Below, one piece after another: positions 36,032 to 45,664 of a stretch of DNA of 64,000 nucleotides (its first letter is position 1; every line of letters starts with the position of its first letter). The translations under genes were made by a program, and so were the position numbers. Source of the stretch: a bacterium (GTDB lineage Bacteria > Bacteroidota > Bacteroidia > Bacteroidales > Muribaculaceae); the NCBI GenBank assembly GCA_963601185.1, contig CAVCEE010000012.1:8436-72435 (forward strand), read 5' to 3'. A model generated the notes under the pieces. That model saw only the letters and a list, made by a program, of their open reading frames with translations. It ran no database searches and had not been told where the DNA came from.

Positions 36032-37362
36032 ATCAGTGTGATGAATGGATTGACGTATGCTTTATAGAGTATCTGCGCGAGAAGATACAGGATTACAATG
36101 TTGTAGATGTAGCGGTTGTTGAACCGGATGGTGCGTTGGTTGCGCGAGAGCGAATAGAGGCTTATCGCCAATGCCATAAGCAGAAGTACTGCGCCTATGT
36201 GCCAGCCTCCTGCTGGAGCAAACGAGTAGCAGCCGAGTCTAATGTTGCAGCCAAACTGTGCGGTGATATATGCCACGGCAAACAAGCCGATGAGCAATGC
36301 GAAGATGATGCCCGAAATGCGCCACGTCACGGAATGGTTGTGGGTTTGCGACAGCAGAAAATGTGCAATAAGCGGCACGTTGAGGTAGGTGGTCACAAGC
36401 ATCATAATTATCGACATGCCGTTGAGGGCAGTGATCATCGGGAGGGTCAGCACGAACACCACTACGCCGAACTGCTTCAGCAGACTCATAGCGAGGAAGC
36501 GGTTCTTGAGCCATCGTGGGTTGATGAACATCCACCCGAGAGCCACGATGATAGGAATTGACCACGGGAAGATTGACAACACGAGTTGTAGTGTGAGGAT
36601 GTTGAGCCGAGAGTATTCCGCTATCGGTTCGGTGAGGTTGGCAATGCCGATTATTTGTTGTGCGGTGGCGGTGCTATTGGAGATGAATGCCGCCAGCAGG
36701 TATGCCAAAACTGCAGAAGCAACCATCAGTGCAATCAACTTGAAGAACGACGCCCAGCGGCGGTTGCTTTGGATGCAAAGGAAGATGATGCCTGTCGAGG
36801 CGGTGGCTATCGGTGCAAGGATGCCGAAGAAGAATGTGGCGCAAACGGTTGCCGCCACCAAAATTGCTGATTTCTGTCGTGACGGCGCTTTGATCCAGTG
36901 GTAGAGCGTAGACAGCGATGCAATTAGGAAAAGGGCTGTGAGCGACAGTGAGGATGCGTGGTAGGCGAGGGCACTTACCGAATATGATGACACGAAAATC
37001 AGCGATGCAAGGAAGGCGGTGTCCTTTCGCTCGTCCTGTCCGCGGAAGCGGAAGATGCCTGTGGCAAGCATCCAGATTATGGCGGCAGAGGGGAGGCGCA
37101 CGGCAAGGGTGTCGCCAAGGGCAAACACGTTGATGTTGACCGACACCAGATAGGCATAGGCACTCGATGCGAAGTTGCTTGCATTGGCAGTCGTGAAAAT
37201 GCTACCGATGCCGCTTTGCGACATCTCGCGTGCTGCATCGAGAATTTCGGACTCGTCGGGGCTCAACCCTACCGCACACAGCGGCGTGAACACCACTATG
37301 GCTATCGATGCCATCAGTAGTGCCATCAGCGAATATTCCGGGTTGACCTTATGCATCTGCAT
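36028..37362 (-). CDS. polytopic membrane protein, probable GT-C fold (ArnT/PMT-like) glycosyltransferase
   Basis: About 444 aa from the ATG at 37362 (MQMHKVNPEYS...), which overlaps the GtrA stop (TAATG). It has ~11 or more hydrophobic helices. Pairing with GtrA is typical of lipid-linked sugar transfer modules. The family call is an inference. Confidence 0.5.
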   Translation of the reverse strand: MQMHKVNPEYSLMALLMASIAIVVFTPLCAVGLSPDESEILDAAREMSQSGIGSIFTTANASNFASSAYAYLVSVNINVFALGDTLAVRLPSAAIIWMLATGIFRFRGQDERKDTAFLASLIFVSSYSVSALAYHASSLSLTALFLIASLSTLYHWIKAPSRQKSAILVAATVCATFFFGILAPIATASTGIIFLCIQSNRRWASFFKLIALMVASAVLAYLLAAFISNSTATAQQIIGIANLTEPIAEYSRLNILTLQLVLSIFPWSIPIIVALGWMFINPRWLKNRFLAMSLLKQFGVVVFVLTLPMITALNGMSIIMMLVTTYLNVPLIAHFLLSQTHNHSVTWRISGIIFALLIGLFAVAYITAQFGCNIRLGCYSFAPAGGWHIGAVLLLMALAISLYSLSRNQRTIRFNNRYIYNIVILYLLAQILYKAYVNPFITLI

Positions 37363-37790
37363 TACTTGAAAGTTACAAAGCGGTTGTAGACGTAGTTGGC
37401 AAGCGTATAGACCACCATACTCAGACACATAATTATGTTTTCGCCGGTGTTCTTCATCGGCAGCCACGACAATTCAATGTCGTGCAGCGGAGTGGACAGC
37501 AGCCACTGGCTCGCTCCCATCTGCAATCCGTAGCAGATTAGGAAGCCGAGCAAAAACAGTCCAGCCTCGCGCCAGAGGTTGCCGCCGGAGCGGAACACCC
37601 ATGTGCGGTTCCACACGAAACTGTTGATGAGGCCGAGTACATAGCCGATGGTGTTGGCAATGGCGTAGCCCAGTCCCATCCAAGTGTTGATGATGTAGAA
37701 CACGATGAGCGTGATCAGTGTGTTGCTAACGCCTATGATGCCGTATTTCAGTAGTTGTATGAAAGTACGTTTTGCTTCGTTTTCACTCAT
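37362..37790 (-). CDS. GtrA family protein
   Basis: 142 aa. LLKYGIIGVSNTLITLIVFYI...NSFVWNRTWVF is the GtrA pattern. Four TM helices. Confidence 0.75.
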   Translation of the reverse strand: MSENEAKRTFIQLLKYGIIGVSNTLITLIVFYIINTWMGLGYAIANTIGYVLGLINSFVWNRTWVFRSGGNLWREAGLFLLGFLICYGLQMGASQWLLSTPLHDIELSWLPMKNTGENIIMCLSMVVYTLANYVYNRFVTFK

Positions 37791-37805
37791 TGACAGTGTA
37801 AGTTT

Positions 37806-38420
37806 TTATTTGTTTTCAATAACAGGAATGTGCCAGTTGTATTTTGCTGCCAGCAGACGGATGCCGACCACCGTCAGCGCACATGCAACCTGCTGCACCT
37901 GCGGCGTTGCGCCGAGAAGCATGGCAAACCAATAGACCAGTCCGCCGGCGATGCACGCCGTGCCGTAGACATCCTTGCGGAAAATCAGCGGCACCTCGTT
38001 GATGAGGATGTCGCGGAGCACTCCGCCGAAAGCACCCGTCAGTGTGCCCATGATTATCGCCACCCACACTGGGTAGCCGAACATCAGCGATTTCTGCATA
38101 CCTATGACCACAAACAGCGCCAGGCCGATGGTGTCGAAGATGAAGAATGTGCTGTTGAGACGCACCAGTTGGCGGCGGAAGATGATTACAAACAGCAACG
38201 AAAGTCCGGTTACACCCATATACCAGCCGTTGAGCATCCAGAAGGGGGTGGTGCCGAGCAGGGTGTCGCGCAGTGTTCCGCCGCCGATGGCTGTGACGAG
38301 CCCCACGACATAGGCGCCGAACCAGTCGAACTTCTTAGCGGCGGCAAGCCGGATGCCGCTGATGGCGAAGGCTATTGTGCCGGCTATCTCTACGAGCAGC
38401 AGAAACAGAGATGTTTGCAT
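37806..38420 (-). CDS. trimeric intracellular cation channel (UPF0126/YadS) family protein
   Basis: About 204 aa from the ATG at 38420 (MQTSLFLLLVEIAGTIAFAISG). That ATG overlaps the nth stop (TAATG). Duplicated GGG[TV]LRD motifs. Confidence 0.7.
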   Translation of the reverse strand: MQTSLFLLLVEIAGTIAFAISGIRLAAAKKFDWFGAYVVGLVTAIGGGTLRDTLLGTTPFWMLNGWYMGVTGLSLLFVIIFRRQLVRLNSTFFIFDTIGLALFVVIGMQKSLMFGYPVWVAIIMGTLTGAFGGVLRDILINEVPLIFRKDVYGTACIAGGLVYWFAMLLGATPQVQQVACALTVVGIRLLAAKYNWHIPVIENK

Positions 38421-39070
38421 TAAAGGGATTTGTTTAGTTTGGATTCGTGATATTTGCAGAACGAGGCAATGCCGCATTCGTTGCACTTGGGGGTGCGTGC
38501 CGTACACACATAGCGTCCGTGGAGGATGAGCCAATGGTGTGCCACCGGGAGCAGATGCCCGGGGATGTGAGCCACGAGGGTTTTCTCCGTTTCGAGTGGC
38601 GTCTTGGAATTGTTGGTGAGTCCGATGCGGTTCGACACGCGGAACACATGGGTGTCGACTGCCATTGCAGCCTTACCGTACACCACCGACAGCATCACGT
38701 TTGCCGTCTTGCGCCCCACGCCGGGAATCTTCAGCAGAGCATCGAAATCGGCTGGCACTTCGCTGCCGTATTTCTCCACAAGCATCTTCGCTGCGCCGAT
38801 GAGCGACCGGGTTTTGTTGTTGGGAAACGTAACACTCTTGATGTATTCAAACACCGCCTCCGGCTGTGCCACTGCGAGAGCCTCCGGAGTGGGGTAGTCG
38901 CGGAAAAGGGCTGGTGTGACGATGTTAACCCTCTTGTCGGTGCATTGGGCGGAAAGTATGACCGCTACAAGCAACTGAAACGGAGATTCGTAATGAAGCT
39001 CCGTTTCGGCATTGGGCATATTGCGGCTGAACCAATCAATAATGCCGGCATATCTTTCCTGTTGTCTCAT
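38420..39070 (-). CDS. nth: endonuclease III
   Basis: 216 aa. HhH-GPD region LPGVGRKTANVML and a C-terminal 4Fe-4S cluster loop CTARTPKCNECGIASFC. Confidence 0.9.
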   Translation of the reverse strand: MRQQERYAGIIDWFSRNMPNAETELHYESPFQLLVAVILSAQCTDKRVNIVTPALFRDYPTPEALAVAQPEAVFEYIKSVTFPNNKTRSLIGAAKMLVEKYGSEVPADFDALLKIPGVGRKTANVMLSVVYGKAAMAVDTHVFRVSNRIGLTNNSKTPLETEKTLVAHIPGHLLPVAHHWLILHGRYVCTARTPKCNECGIASFCKYHESKLNKSL

Positions 39071-39079
39071 CGACGGTGG

Positions 39080-40099
39080 TTAGTGTACAGACTCGAACTC
39101 GTCGAGGAAGCGCACGTCGTTTTCGGAGAACATGCGGAGGTCCTTGACGCGGTATTTCAAGTTGGTGATTCGCTCTACGCCAAGGCCGAGCGCGAATCCT
39201 GAATATTCTTTGCTGTCGATGCCGCACGATTCGAGCACGTTAGGGTCGACCATGCCGCAACCGAGGATTTCCACCCAACCGGTGTGCTTGCAGAATCCGC
39301 AGCCCTTGCCGCCGCAGAGGTGGCAGGAGATGTCCATTTCAGCCGATGGTTCGGTGAAAGGGAAATAGGACGGACGCAGACGGATGCGTGTCTCCGATCC
39401 GAAGAGTTCGCGTGCAAGGTAGAGCAGCGTTTGCTTCAGGTCGGCAAACGACACGTTCTTGTCGATATAGAGAGCCTCAATCTGGTGGAAGAAGCAGTGT
39501 GCGCGAGCAGAGATTGCCTCGTTGCGGTACACGCGTCCTGGACAGATGATGCGGATAGGCGGCTTTTGTGTGGTCATTACGCGTGTCTGCACCGATGATG
39601 TGTGGGTGCGGAGCAACACGTCGGGCGAGCGCTGGATGAAGAATGTGTCCTGCATGTCGCGCGCTGGATGGTCATCGGCAAAGTTGAGCGCAGAGAACAC
39701 GTGCCAGTCGTCTTCAACCTCTGGACCGTCGGCTACGGTGAAGCCAAGGCGAGAGAAGATTGAGATAATCTCGTCGCGAACCAGCGAAATCGGGTGACGT
39801 GTGCCGAGTGGAGCGGTTGCTGCCGGGCGTGTCAAGTCGATGGCTGCATCGGCATCATCGTGCGACTCGATGCTTTCGCGCAGAGCATTGATTTTTTCTG
39901 TGGCGAGTTCTTTCAATTGGTTGAGTTTCTGTCCAATCTCCTTTTTTTGCTCGTTAGGCACGTTGCGGAAATCGTTGAAAAGAGCGGAAATCTCACCTTT
40001 CTTACTCAAATATTTGATGCGCAGAGCCTCGACCTCTTCTTTCTTTGTTGCGGCCAACGCTTCGACTGCGTTTTTCAGACTTTCAATTTTTTCTAACAT
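39080..40099 (-). CDS. pheS: phenylalanine--tRNA ligase subunit alpha
   Basis: 339 aa. HPARDMQDTFF and class II motifs FRPSYFPFTEPS and GLGVERI. Confidence 0.9.
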   Translation of the reverse strand: MLEKIESLKNAVEALAATKKEEVEALRIKYLSKKGEISALFNDFRNVPNEQKKEIGQKLNQLKELATEKINALRESIESHDDADAAIDLTRPAATAPLGTRHPISLVRDEIISIFSRLGFTVADGPEVEDDWHVFSALNFADDHPARDMQDTFFIQRSPDVLLRTHTSSVQTRVMTTQKPPIRIICPGRVYRNEAISARAHCFFHQIEALYIDKNVSFADLKQTLLYLARELFGSETRIRLRPSYFPFTEPSAEMDISCHLCGGKGCGFCKHTGWVEILGCGMVDPNVLESCGIDSKEYSGFALGLGVERITNLKYRVKDLRMFSENDVRFLDEFESVH

Positions 40100-40127
40100 T
40101 TCAGTACTGCTTATTCTAAAGATAGCG

Positions 40128-40135
40128 CAAAGTTA
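40128..40135 (-). promoter_or_regulatory. -7 promoter box TAACTTTG (pheS operon)
   Basis: The reverse complement of caaagtta, 29 nt upstream of the pheS ATG. Confidence 0.5.
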
Positions 40136-40181
40136 AGAAATTGTTTTGATTATCTAAAATCCTTTACATATATTTGCCTTG

Positions 40182-41516
40182 ATGAACGATGCTGAAACAA
40201 TAGGATTTGAGAGTAGGGTGGCCCACTTTGCTGCTGCCCAGGGACTGCTTGACGGCGGACGCGTGCTGGTGACACTGAGCGGCGGTGCCGATTCGGTGGC
40301 TTTGCTGCGTTGCTTGTTGGCAATGGGCTGCGACTGCGTTGCGGCGCACTGCAATTTCGGGCTGCGCGGCGAGGAGTCGGAGCGCGACATGCGTTTTGCC
40401 GAGGATCTTTGCCATAGGCTTGCCGTGAAACTGGTCACGGTGCGGTTTGACGTTGAGGAGTATAAACACCGGCACAAGGTGTCGACCGAGATGGCGTGCC
40501 GCGAACTGCGCTATGAGTGGTTTGAGCGGATGCGCATAGCGGAGCGGTGCTCTGTCATTGCCGTGGCGCACCATGCCGACGACAATGTGGAAACTCTCTT
40601 CCTCAATTTGTTCCGTGGTACTGGCATCGCTGGACTTGCCGGCATCCAGCCTCGCAACGGTTACATCATCCGTCCTCTGCTGTGTGTGGGCAGGGCGGAT
40701 GTTGAGACTTATCTGCGTGCTCTCGGTCAGGATTATGTTACCGACAGCACGAATCTTGAAACGGACTTCTCAAGAAACAAGATACGGAATGTGATTTTGC
40801 CGGAAATTGAGAAGCATTTCTCGGCAGCAAAGAAGGGTATTCTTCACACGTTGGACAATCTTGCCGGCGACTTTGCCGTATGGCAGGATGCAGTGGCAGA
40901 GTTTGAGCGGTCAGCGGTTCGCACTGAGGCCGACGGCATACACATTTCGCGTGCAACGCTCGATACTTGTCCGTCGCCAACTACTTGTCTTCGCCCCATT
41001 TTGGCACGATACGGCTTCAACGCTGACCAGACTGCCGACCTTGTTTCAGCCGACAGGGTAGGCGCGTTTTTTGAGTCGGACGAATGGATTGCGGAGGTTG
41101 GCAGAGAGGAAATTGTTGTTATGCCTAAGGCGGAGGACGATGATGCTGTCGAGTTTTCGTTGGGTGGCGTTGACTGTCCCGGATTTCTCCGTTTTGAAGT
41201 CGTGGACAATACCCCGGACTTCGAGTTTGACAAAAGTGGCAAGCGGGCATATTTCGATGCTGATGCAGTCGGCAATGCGTTAGTGCTCCGGCATTGGCGC
41301 AAGGGCGACCGTTTCCGACCGTTTGGCATGAAGGGCTCGAAAAAGGTAAGCGACTATTTCAACGACCACAAATTTTCGCTGGCGCAGAAGCGCGCCGCAC
41401 GGATTCTCGAGGCGGATGGTCGGGTGTTGTGGATTGTGGGAGAGCGTGCATCGCGCGACTGCCTGGTGCTGCCGACCACCCGGTGCATCCTTGTTGTCAC
41501 CGACTTGCGCAAGTAG
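40182..41516 (+). CDS. tilS: tRNA lysidine(34) synthetase
   Basis: About 444 aa. PP-loop SGGADSVAL. The first ATG is at 40182 (the track start at 40179 is TTG). Confidence 0.85.
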   Translation: MNDAETIGFESRVAHFAAAQGLLDGGRVLVTLSGGADSVALLRCLLAMGCDCVAAHCNFGLRGEESERDMRFAEDLCHRLAVKLVTVRFDVEEYKHRHKVSTEMACRELRYEWFERMRIAERCSVIAVAHHADDNVETLFLNLFRGTGIAGLAGIQPRNGYIIRPLLCVGRADVETYLRALGQDYVTDSTNLETDFSRNKIRNVILPEIEKHFSAAKKGILHTLDNLAGDFAVWQDAVAEFERSAVRTEADGIHISRATLDTCPSPTTCLRPILARYGFNADQTADLVSADRVGAFFESDEWIAEVGREEIVVMPKAEDDDAVEFSLGGVDCPGFLRFEVVDNTPDFEFDKSGKRAYFDADAVGNALVLRHWRKGDRFRPFGMKGSKKVSDYFNDHKFSLAQKRAARILEADGRVLWIVGERASRDCLVLPTTRCILVVTDLRK

Positions 41517-41524
41517 AAAAAACT

Positions 41525-41551
41525 ACGCTTCCGGCACTATGCCGGAAGCGT
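41525..41551 (+). terminator. stem-loop after tilS (no U-tract)
   Basis: acgcttccggc-actat-gccggaagcgt forms a perfect 11-bp stem immediately after the stop codon. Confidence 0.5.
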
Positions 41552-41575
41552 TAAATCCATCGTTTTCGTCAGTCG

Positions 41576-41740
41576 TCAGTTTGCGATGAAATGCCCCAAC
41601 TGGAACGGCATCTGCCGTTGGTAACTGTAAGTCCGTGCAAACTGTTTCAAAAACTCTATGGTCGATTTTTTAGGTTGGACGGTTGCTGTTATCGTACCAT
41701 CGCATTTTTCATTAAGTAATTGAGTAGAATTTTTTTGCAT
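41576..41740 (-). CDS. candidate small ORF (54 aa), unassigned
   Basis: ATG at 41740, TGA at 41578-41576: MQKNSTQLLNEKCDGTITATVQPKKSTIEFLKQFARTYSYQRQMPFQLGHFIAN. It is below the ORF-track cut-off. I found no clear promoter box and recognise no family. Confidence 0.2.
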   Translation of the reverse strand: MQKNSTQLLNEKCDGTITATVQPKKSTIEFLKQFARTYSYQRQMPFQLGHFIAN

Positions 41741-41811
41741 AGGCAGACAAGTTTTTTAATCGTACATCCTTTAAACGAAAAAAACGGACGGTTTATTATA
41801 TCAAATCCAAT

Positions 41812-41850
41812 AAAAAAACATCTCCGTGCTGCATTTCGCAGACGGAGATG
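41812..41850 (-). terminator. intrinsic terminator after the phospho-sugar mutase gene
   Basis: Stem catctccgt / acggagatg, followed on the minus strand by a U7 run. Confidence 0.7.
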
Positions 41851-41873
41851 TTTTCCGTGAATTAGTCAATACA

Positions 41874-43619
41874 TTAAATGCCGAGTTCCTTGGCGATGCG
41901 CGCGATTTTCTCGTCGGCGCGAGCCTCGGTGGCCTTGTATTCGTCAGCCGATTTCAGTGTGTCGTGAACCTCGAGGTAGAACTTGATTTTAGGCTCTGTG
42001 CCTGAAGGACGGATTGACACCTTTGTGCGGTCTTCTGTGAAGTACTGAAGTACGTTTGATGTGGCAGGCATATCGAGTTTCTTCACTTCGCCGGTCTTGG
42101 TGTTGGTTTCGGTGAGAGCCTGGAAGTCGCGCACGATAACCACGTCAGAACCGTCGATAGACTTAGGTGGATTTTCGCGGAACTGCTTCATCAGGGCGAT
42201 GATCTCCTCTGCGCCAGATTTGCCCTTGCGCACCAAAGAAATGCCCTTTTCGCGAGAAAAACCGTAGGTCATGTAGAGGTCGATGAGCATATCGGTCATA
42301 TTCAAGCCCTTGTCCTTTGCCCACGCTGCAATCTCTGCCATCAATGAGATAGCGGAAACAGAGTCTTTGTCGCGGACAAAATCCTCAGCAAGGAAGCCGT
42401 AACTCTCTTCGCCGCCGCCGAGGTAGCGAGCCTTGCCTTCGTTCTCACGCATCACGTTGGCGATCCATTTGAAGCCGGTGAAGCAGTCGTACATCTTGAT
42501 GTGCTGTGCTTCAGCAATCGAGCGGATTGTTTCAGTAGTAACGATGGTCTTTACGATATATTCGTTGCCGGTGAGGCGACCGAGTTCTGTGTTGCGAGTC
42601 ATCAGATAGTAGAGGAAAATCAATACAATCTGGTTGCCGTTGATGAGTTTGTATTCGCCGTCGTTGTCGCGGATAACCAAGCCGATGCGGTCAGCGTCAG
42701 GGTCGGAAGCCATAACCATCTCCGCACCTGTCTCTTTTGCCTTTGCAATGCCCATTGCCATTGCTGACGGCTCTTCTGGGTTAGGTGATGCAACGGTAGG
42801 GAAGTCGCCACTGAGCACTTCCTGTTCCGGCACGCCGATGATGTTGGTGAAGCCGAAATTGGCAAGTGAGCGAGGGATGAGTTTCAAGCCGGTGCCGTGG
42901 ATAGGGGTGTAGACAATCTTCATATCGCTGTGCTTCTTGATGGCCTCAGGACTCAGAGAGAGTTCCTTGATTTTGTCAAGGAAGATTTTGTCCACTTCCT
43001 CGCCGATGATTTCAATCTTCGACTTGTCGCCTTCAAACTTGATGTCGGCAACGTCGGTAACCTCGTTCACGTATTTGATGGTGTTCACATCGTGTGGGGC
43101 AATCATCTGCGCACCGTCGTTCCAATATGCCTTGTAGCCGTTGTATTCCTTAGGGTTGTGGGATGCGGTGATGATTACACCGCTCTGGCAACCGAAGTGG
43201 CGGATGGCAAACGACATTTCCGGGGTAGGACGGCAAGAGTCGAACAGATAAACTTTGATGCCGTTGGCAGAGAAGATGTCGGCAACGATTTCTGCAAACT
43301 TGCGGCTATTGTTGCGCACGTCGTGACCTACGACAACCTTGATTTCAGGAAGGTCTTTGAACGCAACCTTGAGGTAGTTTGATAAACCTTGTGTTGCAGC
43401 GCCGACAGTGTATATGTTCATACGGTTAGAACCTGCGCCCATAATGCCGCGCAGACCGCCTGTGCCGAATTCGAGGTCCTTGTAGAACGATTCGATGAGT
43501 TCAGTCTTGTCTTCGCTGTCGAGCATTGCCTTTACGGCTGCTCTTGTCTCTTCATCGTAAGCCGGAGAAAGCCATTTTTCGGCTTTTTCGGTTACTTGTT
43601 TCAGGAGTTCGTTATCCAT
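41874..43619 (-). CDS. phospho-sugar mutase (phosphoglucomutase/phosphomannomutase family)
   Basis: About 581 aa from the ATG at 43619 (MDNELLKQV...). Active-site loop ITASHNPKEYNGYK and metal-binding loop SDPDADR. Confidence 0.85.
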   Translation of the reverse strand: MDNELLKQVTEKAEKWLSPAYDEETRAAVKAMLDSEDKTELIESFYKDLEFGTGGLRGIMGAGSNRMNIYTVGAATQGLSNYLKVAFKDLPEIKVVVGHDVRNNSRKFAEIVADIFSANGIKVYLFDSCRPTPEMSFAIRHFGCQSGVIITASHNPKEYNGYKAYWNDGAQMIAPHDVNTIKYVNEVTDVADIKFEGDKSKIEIIGEEVDKIFLDKIKELSLSPEAIKKHSDMKIVYTPIHGTGLKLIPRSLANFGFTNIIGVPEQEVLSGDFPTVASPNPEEPSAMAMGIAKAKETGAEMVMASDPDADRIGLVIRDNDGEYKLINGNQIVLIFLYYLMTRNTELGRLTGNEYIVKTIVTTETIRSIAEAQHIKMYDCFTGFKWIANVMRENEGKARYLGGGEESYGFLAEDFVRDKDSVSAISLMAEIAAWAKDKGLNMTDMLIDLYMTYGFSREKGISLVRKGKSGAEEIIALMKQFRENPPKSIDGSDVVIVRDFQALTETNTKTGEVKKLDMPATSNVLQYFTEDRTKVSIRPSGTEPKIKFYLEVHDTLKSADEYKATEARADEKIARIAKELGI

Positions 43620-43748
43620 AATATTTAGGTTTTTTAGTATTATTGTTCTGTTGTTGATGTGCGGAAAAGACGGCACGAGCCGTCCTGTCGCATACAAATT
43701 TATTATAAATAGTTGACTGAGCCAAAGATGTTGGCAAAATAGTGCAAT

Positions 43749-43991
43749 TTATTTTTGCTCCTTTTCGCGGTTGCGCTGCGGCAGTTGCTCTTCGTTGTCG
43801 CGCTCTTCGCGGAGACGCTCTTTCTTCTTCAGCACGAAGTGGAGTAGCACAATGACAACGAGCGAAACTCCCAACACTCCGAAGTATTGCAGATACTTGC
43901 CGGCAACAACCTGCTGACGGCCGATGTAGGCCATTGCGAGCAGATAAACGAGGAGAATCAGCGGTAGCCAAGTGGATTTTTTAGTTTTCAT
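43749..43991 (-). CDS. small membrane protein with a charged C-terminal tail
   Basis: 80 aa. Two hydrophobic helices, then KKKERLREERDNEEQLPQRNREKEQK. It overlaps the upstream gene by 11 nt. Confidence 0.5.
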   Translation of the reverse strand: MKTKKSTWLPLILLVYLLAMAYIGRQQVVAGKYLQYFGVLGVSLVVIVLLHFVLKKKERLREERDNEEQLPQRNREKEQK

Positions 43992-44622
43992 CGTCGGTTT
44001 TGATTACTTTGTATTTTGATTCTTCAGGGGTGAAAGCCTCGCTGAGCAGACGACGGTAGATGCGGATGCACGCCCATGCGTCGATGGCGGCATACGCCAT
44101 CTGCGCCTCGGTGAGTTCGGCGGCGTCCCAGTTCGACAGTTGCTGCGATTTGGAAATCTTCATGTCGAAAAGTATCGCGTAGATTTTCTGTAGGCTCGAG
44201 CATCCGAAATGATAGTCGGGCACAAGTTTCTGAAGGTCGATAAATCCCTGCGGCTTAAATTTGTAGTTGTGCGCCATAACGGAGAAGTCGTCGTGGAGCG
44301 ACAGCCCGATTTTCGGGATGTCGGCAGATTCCATAATTTCGCGGAGCGGCTCGAGGTCGTCAAACTTGCGCACGCGAAACAGAAAGCACACGTCGTCGGC
44401 TGAAATCTGAATCAGCGACACGTGGATGGGCACGCCTTTCTTGAAGGTGGGCTTCGACTCGGTGTCGAAACCGAGAATGGGATATTTTTTCAGTATTTCT
44501 ACCGCCCTCTTTGCCTCCGCTGACGTGTTGACCACCTTGATGGTCCCCGGAAATTCAACCCGCGGCAATTCGGCTATCTGTTCTTTGGTTATCGTTAACG
44601 TGTAATTGTTATTGTGGGTCAT
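43981..44622 (-). CDS. 3'-5' exonuclease (DEDDy, RNase D/WRN-exonuclease-like domain)
   Basis: About 213 aa from the ATG at 44622. ILGFDTESKP (ExoI motif) and AYAAIDAWACIRIYRRL (ExoIII motif, YxxxD). Confidence 0.75.
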   Translation of the reverse strand: MTHNNNYTLTITKEQIAELPRVEFPGTIKVVNTSAEAKRAVEILKKYPILGFDTESKPTFKKGVPIHVSLIQISADDVCFLFRVRKFDDLEPLREIMESADIPKIGLSLHDDFSVMAHNYKFKPQGFIDLQKLVPDYHFGCSSLQKIYAILFDMKISKSQQLSNWDAAELTEAQMAYAAIDAWACIRIYRRLLSEAFTPEESKYKVIKTDDEN

Positions 44623-44740
44623 TGAACTTTCGAAATTTGTTGCAAAAATAATCAAGTTGTTTTGAATTTAGAGGATGTTTTGGCTTTTATTAAGCCGTGG
44701 AGTTTACTTTTTCCGTATGCTTGTATTAACTTTGTGGATT

Positions 44741-45664
44741 ATGAAAGAGATGATTTCACGACTTAAATATTTAACACTCATTGTGCTTCCGTTTTTGCTG
44801 GCATCGTGCTTCACCGGCATTGAAAACACGGGGCGCATTTCCGACCGCACGGTGGCAAAGGTGAAGGCCAATAAGACGACTGCCGAGGAGGCGTTTTTCG
44901 ACACCGTTCAGCCGCAGCAGTTCTCGGCGTGGCGCAATGGAAAGCGGCTATATGTGTCAAGCAACGACATCCGCCTGGTGCTTCGTCCGGCTGTCGACTC
45001 GCTGAAGGGTAGCACGTTTGTCTATGAAGGGATGGAAACGCTGCGAGAGATTGACAACACCGACGAGATGGTGCTCTTGTTTGCTTCCGACGGCACAACC
45101 TACCGCTACGAGACTGGCAAGACTCTTGACGAACTCAACCGGCTCAAGGCCGACTATATAGTGCCGTTTCTCACGGACGTAGACTATGTGGCGCACGTCG
45201 ACTCGATGCTCCGCGGCAGAAAACTGTATCTGAGGACATCGGTGTGGCGGCATCCCAATGGCGAAATCGACAACGGTCTGCGCTATGTGCCTGTCGTTGT
45301 GACAGGTGTAACGCCGGGAGATGCAGTCTATCCGTTTTATGTGGCGTTCGACTATGAAGGGCGCAAAAGTGGCGTGTTTATGTCGTCGCCAACATCGTCG
45401 GTGCGCAATATGACTTTTGACAAACTCTTCTCCTTCAGCGATATCCGCGACAGTCACAAGCAGATTAGCGATGAGGTGTGGCAACTGGTCACCCAAGGCA
45501 AGGTGAAGAGCGGGATGACCAAGGAGGAATGCTCACTTGCGCTCGGCGCGCCGCAGTCGGTCGACAGGATGGCTTCGTATGCCGGATTGGTGGAGCGTTG
45601 GGTGTACGACAACGGTGTGTATCTCATCTTTTCGGACGGCGTACTTGAAAGGTTCAGACAATGA
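44741..45664 (+). CDS. hypothetical lipoprotein with a C-terminal BamE/SmpA-OmlA-like segment
   Basis: About 307 aa from the ATG at 44741 (MKEMISRLKYLTLIVLPFLLASC, lipobox). The C-terminus GMTKEECSLALGAPQSVDR...ERWVY resembles the SmpA_OmlA fold motif (inference). Confidence 0.55.
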   Translation: MKEMISRLKYLTLIVLPFLLASCFTGIENTGRISDRTVAKVKANKTTAEEAFFDTVQPQQFSAWRNGKRLYVSSNDIRLVLRPAVDSLKGSTFVYEGMETLREIDNTDEMVLLFASDGTTYRYETGKTLDELNRLKADYIVPFLTDVDYVAHVDSMLRGRKLYLRTSVWRHPNGEIDNGLRYVPVVVTGVTPGDAVYPFYVAFDYEGRKSGVFMSSPTSSVRNMTFDKLFSFSDIRDSHKQISDEVWQLVTQGKVKSGMTKEECSLALGAPQSVDRMASYAGLVERWVYDNGVYLIFSDGVLERFRQ

